From Antedon mediterranea (taxonomy: Eukaryota > Animalia > Echinodermata): DNA of 64,000 nucleotides. The notes under the pieces were generated by a model that saw nothing but the letters and a program-made list of their open reading frames with translations, had not been told where the DNA came from and searched no databases. Of the stretch, positions 24,263 through 37,100 are shown piece after piece. Every line of letters begins with the position of its first letter. Position 1 is the stretch's first letter. Both the position numbers and the translations under genes were made by a program. Location: assembly GCF_964355755.1 (NCBI RefSeq), contig NC_092679.1, positions 7,532,201 through 7,596,200 on the forward strand, in the 5' to 3' direction.

Positions 24263-25888
24263 TTAATATGATATACATGTGTTGGTCAAAGTTTGTCTTC
24301 TTCCACGGGTCTGATGCGGTAAATAATCAATTTCAAACCTTCGAACTCTGACTCTCTGTTTATAATGATATTCTCGTAAATATTCCTTAAAATTTTGTGG
24401 TAATTTTAACAAGTGTATAGCATCATAGGTTACGTTGCTACAGATTATGCCCCGACACAGTTCTTTAAGTGAATGAGGGTTGGGTCTTGGTAAGGGTGTG
24501 GTAAGCATTGGCTCAAAAAACATACAGCAGTTTGGATCTTTGTAGTGTTCCAATAAACCAGTGACTGTATCTGAAGAATAAACACCGGGATCATGTGCGT
24601 CAAAACTGAAACGATGTGACCATTGTTCTAATCTTGCATGTAATGAACGACCATATCGACGAAAACTAACTGAAAATAAAAACTCCTCCTGAGCACTATC
24701 ACGTAAAAGATAAGTGCCTTCTGGTTTGTTCTCTAGCAGTGCATCAGCTTGGTACCGATCTATTTTACCCCAATAACACGGTTTGTCTAAAATGGATTTT
24801 AATTGCGGCACTAAGCAATGAATGTAGTCAATTTGAGTATGAACTGTTCTTGGTATATAACCATTCTGTGTGTGTGAACCAAACTGTCCATATAAGTCCT
24901 GAGTAACGATTGAATTTGATGCATCAACTTGCGACGGAGCCTCGGTTCCTTCGGTCTCATTACTACCAGCTGGAAGTGGTAACCCAGTGTCCAATAACTC
25001 GGCTTGTTCTATCGGTGTTAATACATGACTTCCATTTGAAGCTGGAGTTGTTTGATAATCAGAACGTTTTTTGTCCGTTTCTTTACATTGTTTATCGCTG
25101 CTTGTTCTATTATCAGGTGGTTGACTTTTTGGTTTTTTATTGCGAGACCTTGATCGACTTCTCTTTGCAAAAAATGATCTGCTAGTCTTCTTTTTCGGTG
25201 GGCTTTCATTCTCGTCTTCTTTACGTACATAATTTCTAAGACATCCGTAAAGTGACTGAGATCTACTTCTGTCTCTACATTTATCGTAATCGGAAGACGT
25301 AATATTATCGTCGTCCGAATCACTTGCTTCTTGAACACGGTTTTCCCTATCATCATTTTCTTTCTCTTTACCACGAAATAAAGTCCTAATTTTACTTTTC
25401 CACTGGTCAAAACGACTTCTTTTATAATTTTTTGTAGTGTCTTCACCAGAATCGTCAGAACTATCATATTCGACCGTTATAAAATTTGCTTCTTGATGAG
25501 CAAAAGCACCGTTTTGTATATGGGACCCAGCTCCTCTATGCTTTTCCTTCTCATTTTTTTCAAGCTTATTACTACTAGTACTAGGCCTACTAAGAGAGTT
25601 CGCTGAATGGATTGAAATATTTTCACATGTCAAACTAGGCCTAGTCCCAGAAGAAGATGAATCAGTTGTAATTACAGTTACAGCTTCCACGGGAATCGGT
25701 GGTTCTTCATTTGTATTGGTCTTTTCATCATCATTATTTTCTTGATTGTTATCTGTCCGATTTAAAACTAAAGATCTGGTGACTATATCACGGTGTGCTT
25801 TCTTCTCATCATTAGCTATCAAAAGCAACTCCGGTGATGACTGTGAACGCCGCTTTGTGCTAGCAAACGAACTCGATGAAGAAGCCAT
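24263..25888 (-). CDS. SOCS5: Suppressor of cytokine signalling, SOCS4/5 subfamily (SH2 + SOCS box), intronless CDS of ~541 aa
   Basis: [13 protein letters not shown]...[58 protein letters not shown]...[13 protein letters not shown], then SLKELCR...[13 protein letters not shown]. Long low-complexity N-terminus; first ATG at 25888. Probably co-orthologous to vertebrate SOCS4 and SOCS5. Confidence 0.93.
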   Translation of the reverse strand: MASSSSSFASTKRRSQSSPELLLIANDEKKAHRDIVTRSLVLNRTDNNQENNDDEKTNTNEEPPIPVEAVTVITTDSSSSGTRPSLTCENISIHSANSLSRPSTSSNKLEKNEKEKHRGAGSHIQNGAFAHQEANFITVEYDSSDDSGEDTTKNYKRSRFDQWKSKIRTLFRGKEKENDDRENRVQEASDSDDDNITSSDYDKCRDRSRSQSLYGCLRNYVRKEDENESPPKKKTSRSFFAKRSRSRSRNKKPKSQPPDNRTSSDKQCKETDKKRSDYQTTPASNGSHVLTPIEQAELLDTGLPLPAGSNETEGTEAPSQVDASNSIVTQDLYGQFGSHTQNGYIPRTVHTQIDYIHCLVPQLKSILDKPCYWGKIDRYQADALLENKPEGTYLLRDSAQEEFLFSVSFRRYGRSLHARLEQWSHRFSFDAHDPGVYSSDTVTGLLEHYKDPNCCMFFEPMLTTPLPRPNPHSLKELCRGIICSNVTYDAIHLLKLPQNFKEYLREYHYKQRVRVRRFEIDYLPHQTRGRRQTLTNTCISY

Positions 25889-26189
25889 AACTACGACCAC
25901 CAACAAAGTGTGTCCAGCCTAGGCAAATGACTTACAAAACCACGGTACAGTTCGGCGAACAACTCGTGGCCAAACTAGTTTCACACTACAGTCAAAACCT
26001 TCAATGTTTATCGTAAGTTATAAACTTACACAGTATTCATTAAAAATAGTAAATAGTCACGTTCTTTCTACTACTTTCAGCCAGCTAAATGAACGCTCTG
26101 TCAATCGCTCGATATTTTTGAGCATTTCCTTTTCAACCGCCGACCTTCCCTTCTTCATGTGTGCAATGTGGTGAATCGAGAAGTGTGTG

Positions 26190-26320
26190 TGCTGTGACGT
26201 ACGTGAAGGTTGGAAAATACCAATCGGAAGTAATGACGTCACAAAAGGTTCAAGTCTCCATGTCACGTGGGAATGTTATCGCACTTTGACCCAAAAACTA
26301 ATTTTCGCGCGAAATTTTCA
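26190..26320. promoter_or_regulatory. Bidirectional promoter core between SOCS4/5 and WDHD1
   Basis: CCAAT 26220-26224, ETS CGGAAGT 26225-26231, full CRE TGACGTCA 26234-26241, E-box GTCACGTG 26262-26269, palindromic double E2F site TTTCGCGCGAAA 26303-26314. Confidence 0.7.
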
Positions 26321-26743
26321 ATAATACAACAAACCAAGACCGTCATTTTAAAATGTTGGTATAATTGCGTTTATTCATGCTCCATAATTTGTAAAAAGGA
26401 AAAAAAAACGAAGTAGGCTAGGCCTAGCTAGTACTAGTAGTAGTAGGGCTAAAAAATATACATTTTATAGTAATATATGGATAAATTATAGGCTAGGCCT
26501 AACTAGGCTATCATAGGTAGGTAGGCTACCTATCTAGGCCTACTATAGTAGTTAGTAATACTATATAATAGGGTAGGCCTCCCTAGGCCAGTATTAGAAG
26601 ATAGAAGTAGGCCTAAGTATCTAGGGGCCTTGGCCTATATTTATAGAATAAAGGGGTACGTGGCCTACTTGGCTAGGGCTAGGATTCAGAACTTGCATAT
26701 ATTTTTCAATTTATCTTTCAGCATTCGAATACGTCTTTTTCAA

Positions 26744-27693
26744 TTTCACCAAACGGAAGACATCTTTGATCAATGACAAACAATTCTGTGCAGAGAAGTG
26801 TAAACCAACAGAAATAACAGCGTTTTAAGGGGATTTCAGGACACCATGTTAATTAAAGACCCCTTCCCTGCAATTTTGGACGTTTTTTGGAAATTAATAC
26901 ATATATATCACTTTAAAAACATTAAACCATGTCATTCCTTGTCTTAAATGTACGTTTTATGGTAAATTATAATAAAAAGTGAGAAACAATGCACTACATA
27001 AGTAGCTCGCGGCGATCGACCTCTCGTGGACGGTCTCAGGCCTAGCCTAGCTAGGCTTAGTTTTGTAGGCCTAGCTGGTAAACATCGGTAACGTACGAAC
27101 ATCGTACGCTAGCTATATACCTAGCCTGACGTTGTATAGTTGCTGCATTAATTGTCTTTCTATTTTTGCCAGACTCCGTTGATACAAATTGGGGAAAACC
27201 CGGTATTTTCGCTGAAAAGTTAGGAGTCTTCCATTTGTTTTGGCTTCACGATCGATCGAAAAGTGGGCGAATTACAGGTGAAAAACAACAATATCAATCC
27301 GCGCGCAATGCATTTTGGGATTTATAGCGGGCCGCTATAATTATTAAAATCGATTTATTTTTCACATTTTTAACCGTTTAAAGACGAAAAAAGTTATCGC
27401 AATAGGACCATATAGTATTATTTTTACATTAAATATAGTTTGTGATCTTAAATTAGATCTAAAAAACGTAGGGAATGGGGCTTTAAACCTTTTCTTAAAA
27501 TCTTTCTTTAATCATTTTTTTTAAAGAACATTTACAGTAATTTTTTTTATCATACAATCCTTCGTTCAGGAGTTACAATTTTGTTAATTAACATGGTGTC
27601 CTGAAATCCTCTGAAAACGCTATGTTATTTCTATTATGCTTCCCTGCACTGTATTGTTTGTCATCGATCAAAGATGTCTTCTGTTTCGTGAAA
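26744..27693. mobile_element. Long-inverted-repeat element (~110-bp arms) hosting a nested insertion
   Basis: 26744-26856 is the reverse complement of 27584-27693 (gaagacatctttgatc, atgacaaacaat, atttcaggacaccatgttaattaa). Confidence 0.65.
26857..27482 (+). mobile_element. Kolobok-like non-autonomous element (AG...CT ends, TTAA TSD)
   Basis: TIRs agaccccttccct / agggaatggggct; TTAA at 26853-26856 and 27483-27486. Confidence 0.7.
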
Positions 27694-27984
27694 AAGGCGT
27701 ATAGTCTTCAGTTTGAAAGAGTATAATCATAAGCATTTTAAATTTTAAATCAACAAAATTGTTTTATTTCGAAAGTTATGAATGAAATAAGGTGAAAAAT
27801 TTGGCACACTCACAGGCTTTGTTTACATATCAAAATCCCCACCCCGCGTTTGTGACCTTGTACACAAATAGTCCCTGGGTGAAAAATACTGCTAAAACAC
27901 ATTTTATAAACATATTTTTATTTTGAAAGTTGATGATAGTTGAAATATATTTATGTTAAATTCTTGTTTAACTGTATTATACAT

Positions 27985-28084
27985 CCAAAGGCAAATTACA
28001 AAAAAAAATGACAATGCTGTGGGTATCAGTGGCAGGATCTCAATGGAGATACAAAAAAAAAAAGCTAAAAGCTGAATCAAACTT
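27985..28084 (-). mobile_element. 100-bp terminal fragment of the Penelope-like repeat at 54066-54395
   Basis: Near-identical to 54069-54170; flanked by the direct repeat TATTATACAT at 27975-27984 and 28085-28094. Confidence 0.7.
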
Positions 28085-28101
28085 TATTATACATATAGAA
28101 A

Positions 28102-31100
28102 ATGGTAATTACAAAGAAATCACCTCGTTATGGTCATAGTGAAGGACACACAGATATCTGCTATGACCATGTTAGTGGAAGTATCTTAACGTGTGGCTCC
28201 GATGGAGATGTAAGAATATGGAAAGGATTTGAAGATGATGACCCTGAAACTATTAACATTGGAGAACATGCTTATGCCATTGCTATGAAGGTAGGCTAAC
28301 CATGGAGGTAAATTTGTTACCTCCATGGGCTAACTAGGTCTCAAAGGCTCCTTTAAAATAACAAGTAAAAATATTTATGCCAGGAAAAGAATATAGAATG
28401 TCTTCACTAATTACTATGTATGTATTAATAAAAAAAATAGTACCAGTACCAGTATGTAAAATGTACATTTTGTCACGTTATTTGCTGCACTAAAAACATT
28501 AGTCATCAATCAATAATTGTTTATGGTTTCCTGCTGCTTAATCTTTCTATCAAATTCAAGCAAAGTTTTTTGTAGAAACTTTATTAATAAAATCAGACTA
28601 AAAATATTTTATTTTGCAGTTTAAATAATAGTACTTTTTGCTTTAAATTACATTTTTTTCTGGTAATTTTTTTGTTTATTTTTGGTCAAAGTGAATAACA
28701 ATTATGTGACATTAAAATCGCGTATTCAACAAAAAAATTTTAATTAATTTTTTAGGGGGACACAATGAAAAATTATATTTTTCATGAGTGATATTTTATT
28801 TTATTTATTTTATTTTATTCCGATATATAAACACAGCTTCAATTTTATGTGCTAATTTTTTAGTAATTGCACCATGCCACACAGGGCATGCATACTCAAG
28901 AATAGGTCTAATATAGCAACAGAACACCTTGATCAGGTCATCCACATACGCGCCAGACCTCCTCATCACAAATAAAGCAAACATCTTTCGAGATGCCTTA
29001 GAGACTATGTCTGTGACATGCATGTCCCATTTCATATTATCTTGAATAGTAACCCCTAACAATTTGAGGTTGCCAACACATTCAAGGATAGTATTGTTGA
29101 GGGTGAATGGCTGGAACTCACTAGCATTACGCAAACAATTTATTGTCATAACATGGCATTTAGACGGTTTAGGCAACATATTGTTAGCTTTACACCAGTC
29201 ATCCAAATCGTCAAGGAAGACCTGTAAATAGGAATTATTGTTTTTTTTCACAACTTCACCTAGAGTGAGATCATCCACATACTTCCATCTTCTGCAGCTT
29301 CCTAGACTGGCATCATTAATTAGGACCAGAAATAAAACTGGGCCCAATTTAGTGCCCTGGGGCACGCCGCAGGTGATCTTTCTTGTACCCGAGATGGTCT
29401 TACCCACTCTGGTATTGATGCCTCTATTAGTAAGGAAGCTGCAGATAATGGGTATTATGGATGATCTCACTCCGATATCTATTAATTTGTTAATAATTAT
29501 AATATGATCAACCCAATCAAAGGCTTTAGCAAAATCAACCGCGCATAAATTAACATAACAATGTTTACCATCAGTATCCTTCAATACAGAATCAATTAAA
29601 CTAAAAGGTAATGGGTGGTGGATGCACCCTTGCGGCTCCCGAATTGTCGACTATCAAGCTTAACGCTAATGTCCTCTATGATCCAATTAACTAAAAAAGT
29701 CTCAAAAGTTCTTGCTAATAAGGGTGTAAGTGAAATAGGACGCAAATCATTACAGGTATTAGCTCCTTTGATTTTAGGGACAGGTACTACTGTTATATCT
29801 GTATTATCTGTATTACAATTATATCTGTGTATCTCCTTTTTTTTCTGGCTCTTAGAATGGTAATTTTGTGACAGCATCAGATAACAATACAGTGCAAGCA
29901 CACACATTTCCAGAAGGAGCACCAAATGGTATTGTTGCACGCTTCACTGCTCCAGTACACCACATTCAATTCAACGGCAATGGAACAAAGTTACTGTCTG
30001 GTGCGAGGTGAGTTACAGTAGATGGTTGTAGGCAACAATGTTTAAACCAGCTTCACTAAATGCTGGATCCAAGTTTCATTATTGTAAAGAAAGAAAGCAG
30101 GAAAACCAGTTGGGAGAAATATATTGCGCAAGACAGGAATAAGTGAAGAGATTGTGTAGCAGCATGGAATGAGTGACCCTTAATAATGATGAATGGGGTA
30201 CTACACATTTCCAAAAAATAGTTCAGTTGAAAATACACATCCCCTGTGTGATTTTAGGATGTATCGTTCTATCTATTGTTGTATCTAAAATCAAATGACA
30301 TGATGTTTTCAAAATTAAGGCCCATTGCACTAATGTATTACTGTATGTGCAGTATAAAGTTACTGCTCTGTTAAAGATGATAAATGCAGGTATAAAATAA
30401 TGTACTGTGATTTATTATGGATGTTTTTAAATGGACATATAATATCATCTATTCAGTTTAAACATGGTGATCTATTATTGCTAAATCCATTTCATGCCTA
30501 CGGTACTATTATCCAAAATTGGGTTGGGTACCCATTTTCTAGTATGTTGGTTTAACCAGTCTACCACAGTACCAACACACCAACATGGTTTGTGTTTTTG
30601 AGTCCATTATTGATGGTTTGGTTTCAGCACAAATAATTTAAAATGGTATTATTTCTTTTTTATTTCATTCTTCTGTGTAGTGATTTTTCATTGAAGTTAG
30701 TTACTATTGAAAACAACACCCAATTGAAGTTTGACGGACACTCTGCACCAATATTGAGTGTAGCTTATGACCCTAAAGAGGAATACATTGTAAGACTTCC
30801 ACATCAATATTTATTTAACTATAAAGCGTAATGCCATTTATTCATATAGTTTTATTTTCTATATATTTTATAGTTTGATTATAGTATTTTCAATAATAAA
30901 ACTTTCTTCTAATGTCCATATAATAAAATGTCCATATAATAAAATGTCCATATAATAAAGTGTCCATATAATAAAATGTCCATATAATAGAATGTCCATA
31001 TAATAAAATGTCCATATAATAAAATGTCCATATAATAAAATGTCCATATAATAAAATGTCCATATAATAAAATGTCCATATAATAAAATGTCCATATAAT

Positions 31101-34100
31101 AAAATGTCCATATAATAAAATGTCCATATAATAAAATGACATTAAAATAAAATAACCTTTAATAATAAATGTCCATATAATAAAATGCCTTAGAATAAAA
31201 TAACCTTAAATAATAAATGTCCATATAATAAAATGCCCTTATAATAAAATGTTTTATAATAAAATGTCCATATAATAAAATGACATTAAAATAAAATAAC
31301 CTTAAATAATAAAATGAAGAAGAATAATAAAAAAATTACATAATAATAAATCTCGTAATAAAATGAACTTGTATTAAAATGAACTTATATAATAAAATAA
31401 CCTTATAATAAAATTTCCAACAACTAACTGAACTTCATGTCAATACATTACTTCTTATTAATAACATGACCTCGCCTCAGTAAAGTATTATTACACTCAA
31501 AGTGTGTTGAACGCGACATTTTCATTAAAGTATATTTTTAAATTTTGTGGTAAAAAATACTATATATCATAAAATTGATTTAAAAACATTAATTAATTCA
31601 ACCAGCAAATGTGCAAGAATAATCTAAAAATATAACAAAACAGATGGTTTTCTTTTTGTAAATGTAGGCAAAATGGAATATAGATTAATTTAGCAATAAT
31701 TATTAGTATTGAAAAATAATACAAACAGATGGCTATTATTTTGAATGTCAATAAGCTTATTAGGTATTTCCCATTTAAAAAATAAAAGAGTAGAACATGT
31801 AGGTATAACATTGTACATCTCCATGACTAAAACATTACTTTGATAAAATGTGAGTAGACAGCGAATACAACTTTACTGTCATATTCAGGATTCAAGAAAT
31901 TATATTGGTCCACTTACAATGGAAATTCAGTTTGCTTGGCATAATTAAGACAAGAAAAATATATCAAATTGCACAAACGCAATAATACGTAAAATACGGT
32001 TAATAGGCCAGTTTCAAAATACAATTAAAAATTTTAAAAACAAATTACAGTATAGAGAAATAATAGAATAGTCACATAATGAAGGACGCATTTTTAAGAA
32101 AATGACAAAAACAAGGTTTTTATTTACAACAGGCTTCTTCAAGTTGTGACGGTACTGTTAAAATATGGAGCATTGAAGATCAGGTAAATCATTGTTCTTT
32201 TTTATAAATTTAAACATTCTTTTATTTATACAGAGTCACTAATCATTATTGATACCAAGCTATTCCTATCAAAAGTAAATAGGAAAATTGTCTTTAGGTA
32301 CAAAGTAACACTGCCAAGAAATGGCTAAAAGAAACAATATTAAATGAACTATTATTATTAATTCCCAAAATATGTAAAAATAAAAATTGAAAAGGGGTTA
32401 GTTATTTTATTTAGAAATTAAATAATTTTATATACGATTCTTATAGTAATCTTATTATTTAGTTTATTCAGTCATTCAGTAGTCAATTACAATCTTTTTG
32501 ATATTGATCAATTATTGCATTTTTCTGATCTTAAATGTTTTGTTAATAAAATATTTCATTCTTCTTTCATTAGAGCTGGGAAAAGTCCATGGGCATCTTG
32601 CCAAAGTGTAGTGACTTTAGGTAAGACTAATTTAAGACTAGGATAACATTGAGTCATTTTAGAAATATATTTTCGATCTTGAATCTTGACTTATGAAGCA
32701 TGGCTTTAAACGGACTAAAATCATGCATCTTGATATTTACCCATATATGGAGTTGTTTACAATCATGCAAATTAGTTTGTGGGTGTAAAATGTATTTGTC
32801 TTAAAATGTTTAGCATTAATAAATATGTTTATGTACTCCTAATGTAGTGTTAAACTAATTACATTCATAAAGTTTCCAAAAATAAATTAGTTTGTGGGTA
32901 TAACATATGATAATGTATTTTTCTTAAAATGTTTAACATTAATAAATATAATATTCATGTATTTCTGATGTAGTGTTATATTAATTACATTCATGTTTAC
33001 AGCATTTCCAAAACACTCTGTCGTTTATCGTGGGAGCCGACAGCAGGGAAGGTGAGTTTGTTGAAGATTATGAAACATAATAACAACACCCATCTCATGT
33101 TATCTATACAGTACTTAAGGTTTGTCAGACAACCCAATACTACATAGTGTACTACATCCATACATATTCTTCTTCTTCTTTTATGAGGGAAGCATAGAGA
33201 AAGGGTTAGGTTTGGGAACAAAAGGAAGAAATTTGATCTGCTTTAGGAGAAATTTAAGAGTGTCTAAAGATTTATATAGAGCCAATACTGAACTTTCTCT
33301 GCCAATAGTTTTCTTTGTGTACAAAATGGCAAATGTTGTTTTACCATTAAAACACATTCAGAATACTAGACTTTCCAGAATATCAGACAGTTGTGTTTCA
33401 ATTGAACCTTGTACAGTATTATTTTTTTACGTACTGCGTTTTTCCATAAAAATTTTATATCAAATAAACATTTATTATGTTAAATGATTGCAATAAAATA
33501 TGCCCAAAGTAGACATTTTTACTTCTGGAAGTTGAGGCAATGTTTTGTTTTTATTCATATCTATGTTATTAGCATATGTAATGAAAAAAAGGATTTACAT
33601 ATGTGTGGGCGAATGATTAAGTCTACCGGATGTGACAAATTCATAAAACATGAAATGTTAGTTGATTGAACACTGTGGATAAAATTTTAACAATAATGTT
33701 TATATTTGTAGTTCCTCTGTGTTCCTGTTGAAAAGGAAATTCAATTAATTGAAAGAGAATCATGGGATATGTCATGTTCTTTTACAAATGATTCTGTGAC
33801 ATCAACAGTTTCCATAGCAATATTTTCTGAATGCGGGAAGTATATCGCAGGAGCCTGTGTAGATGGTACTATTTTCATATGGGATGTTGATTCCAGGCAA
33901 TGCATTGAAAGGTATTACTCTATAATCTTTGAATTGCCCCACTTTTTTTATGTGAGACAATTTCATTGTCAACCATCGCTTCTGCTCTCAACAAGTCATC
34001 CATTCATAGAAGCACTGATGAAGAAAGTCCATTTAGTGGTTACTATAAATTAGCCCAGAGACCTAATAGTTGACAGAAATTAGAATTTCTACACAGTGTT

Positions 34101-37100
34101 TTTATAAGAAGTTATTGTGATATAATATAAACTTGTACAGTGTCTCATAAGATAAATAGTTTAGTATATATAATTGCTATATAAATAATAATGTGTTTCA
34201 TGATCCTCTTTTTACTTTAATGAATCCTCCCCTAATATATACATTTTATTATTTAGTATTAAGAACAACAAGGGTGTAGGGATATGTGGGCTGGTATGGA
34301 ATCCAAAGAACACAACTCAGATTGCCTACACTGATACAACAGGACAACTGGGATTCCTAGAAAATGTAATTCCAGAAAAACAACAAAAACAGGTATAATT
34401 ATGTTAAACTATAGTTCTGTTTTTTGTTTTAATATTCAATATTAATAGAAATTTTAGGAAATTCTGGTCCTCCATGGATCAATGGCAGTGCTATTATGAA
34501 CATTAAACACTAAAACAGCTCTACAATAACCTAAAACCAACACATTATTCTTTCACTCAACAATAAATATATAGGTAGAACATTTCTATTTCATTTCTTA
34601 AAATACAGAGATACAGTAAAATTATCCAGAGGACAGTAAACATCTTTCAAATGTATACTCCTGTAATAAATTATTATCTTTCAAGATTTATTACACATTC
34701 TATTTTTATCTCTAACACCTAGGCACCTGTGAAGGCAGTTCCTAACCAGTATGCAGATTTGTTTGATGATGATGACAACGATGATGCCGCCCTCCTAAAA
34801 ACTACAACTCAAAATAATATTCCAAATGACGATGCTGATGAGGATGATGACGACATTGGGGTAAAACAACGCAAGTCAAACTTTAATGGCATCGCTGATG
34901 AAGAGTCTCTAGGTAAACAAACACTTGGGGTTTAGTTTTTAGATTTTGGAAAATGTAATTTTTATTGAACTAGCATATTCTGGTGCACAGCTTGCACCAT
35001 TTTTCTGGGGATATAAATTCACTACCCCACTAGGTGGTCTATTCTACAAATTTAGCTGGGCTAACAAATGTTATTGCTCTGAGGCAAAGTCAAAAAGATC
35101 TTTATTCATTCCACATGGGGCAATTTCAAATTTGAAAAATTAATTTCACTTTATGAACATTACAGATGCCATTTTGGGTAAGACAGTTGAGGCAGATAGT
35201 ACTGATGCTACACAACCACCAGCCCAACCAAAGATTATCTACGAAGGCCCTAAAGTGACACCTTTACAGAAGCCGTTTATATCAGGCGCAACTCCTGTAC
35301 ATTTGACCTGTCGGTTTATGGTAAGACAACATTTAATCGTTTGAATGTAGACCATGTTTTTTCATTATATTTAATGTACTTTTATTTGAATTTTACACAC
35401 ATTTGTACCCCTACCAATTGTTTATTTTTTTATTCTTGTGTGTGCAATTCCATATGTTTCAGAAATGGAATAATGTGGGTATTGTACGCTCATACGACAG
35501 TGAGGAAGAAAGTTCAGTGGATGTAGAATTCCATGATTCTTCAGTGCACCATGCCTTGCACATTGACAACCAACTCAGCTACACAATGGCCGACCTTTCT
35601 ACACAAGCTGTAGTGCTCGCTAGTGAGAAAGATGAAGAGGACAATCTAAGGTGAGCATTTATGCCCTTAAGTCAAATTATAGATGATAATTGATATACCC
35701 AAGTTGTGATTATTTTTACTGCAGCATTCTATTCATAGAAGACCTAGCCCTTTTGAGTCTGTTAAATACATTATTCTATGCTTTCATTTTTTTCGCAACT
35801 GTACAGTTAATAACTAGAGTTGATAGCTGTAGAGTAACTGTACAGTTAATAACTAGAGTTAATAGCTGTAGAGTAACTGTACAGTTAATAACTAGAGTTA
35901 ATAGCTGTAGAGTAACTGTACAGTTAATAACTAGAGTTAATAGCTGTAGAGTAACTGTACAGTTAATAACTAGAGTTAATAGCTGTAGAGTAACTGTACA
36001 GTTAATAACTAGAGTTGATAGCTGTAGAGTAACTGTACAGTTAATAACTGTCAAGTTAATAGTCATAGAGTACCTTTAGAGTTGATAGCTGTAGAGTAAT
36101 ATTTAATTTAATCTTTTTGTTTATAGCCAGTTAACATGTTTGCACTTTGGATCGTGGGATACACAAAAGGAATGGAATACATCTATGCCAAAGGGAGAAG
36201 AAATTAAGGTTTGTTGTAAAATAGAGCAGTCATTATCATTGCTATCATCACAATCACTGTCAATAGTGTCATTATCAACATCATTTAAGTCTATTTTGTG
36301 CCTAGCTTACCTGGATTAACCAGCTGCCCATGCTCTCCACATGAGTTTGTGGTTGCGGGCTGATCCATTATGGTAGAGGAATGCTCTCAGAACATTTAAC
36401 TTTTCGTATCTAAGCCCACCCTCTGGAGAGCACATGGTATTTTTGGTTTTTCCAGGTTCATAGACTATCAACACCACTGTTGCTTTATGTAATTTAACAA
36501 TTTTCATATCTATCTAAACTATTATTGCTTATTTGTACTTATGTAGGCTGTTTGTTTAGGTTGGAACTGGTTAGCAGTCGGAACTGATAAACGACTAATT
36601 CGTATGTTCAGCATTGGTGGCGTTCAGCTTGGAATGTTTGCTATTCCCGGACCGATTGTAACAATTTCCGGCCATGGAAACCAATTGATTGTGGTATATC
36701 ACATGGGAACAGGTAATGGAATTGTTATCATTTTATGTTGTGTAGCAATCTCAGCTGTACAATTATTTTATTAATAAATCATAATTAAGTAAGTAGGTGG
36801 TAGATGAATATTTTTTAATGTGTTGAATGTAAGTTTAATTAGGATTGATTCACAAAACATTTTATGGTACAGTAAGCCATTATATATAGATACAGTAATG
36901 GAAACAAAACACATAGAATTGCAAAGTGCAAAATACTACAAGCAATGGAGGCTACCCAAACATAATAGAATACTTTAAAAACTGCATAGTGTTGTGAAAT
37001 TTTGAAATTAAGGGAAAAAGTGATTGAATTTTTGTTATTTTAGGTGTTCCTGGTGATCAGTGCCTTGGTGTAAAATTGTTACATTTGAGGGGAAAGAAAC

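Noticed and set aside
22940-27482. SOCS gene captured inside one large composite transposon
   Set aside because: The right copy has its own TIRs and TTAA TSD, and the SOCS-WDHD1 linkage appears ancestral.
30868-31142. Three MDILLYGHFIIWTFYY ORFs
   Set aside because: Frame-cycling translation of a 16-bp intronic repeat.
33960-34095. Second structured RNA or hammerhead (ctgatga...gaaa, tgtcaac/gttgaca)
   Set aside because: No stem II between the core boxes and no properly placed H or ACA boxes.
35690-36079. VTVQLITRVNSCR repeat ORFs
   Set aside because: Intronic 39-bp minisatellite; the flanking WDHD1 exons join in frame without it.
36306-36314. U1 snRNA 5' end (CTTACCTGG)
   Set aside because: Only 9 nt match; no U1 stem-loops or Sm site follow.
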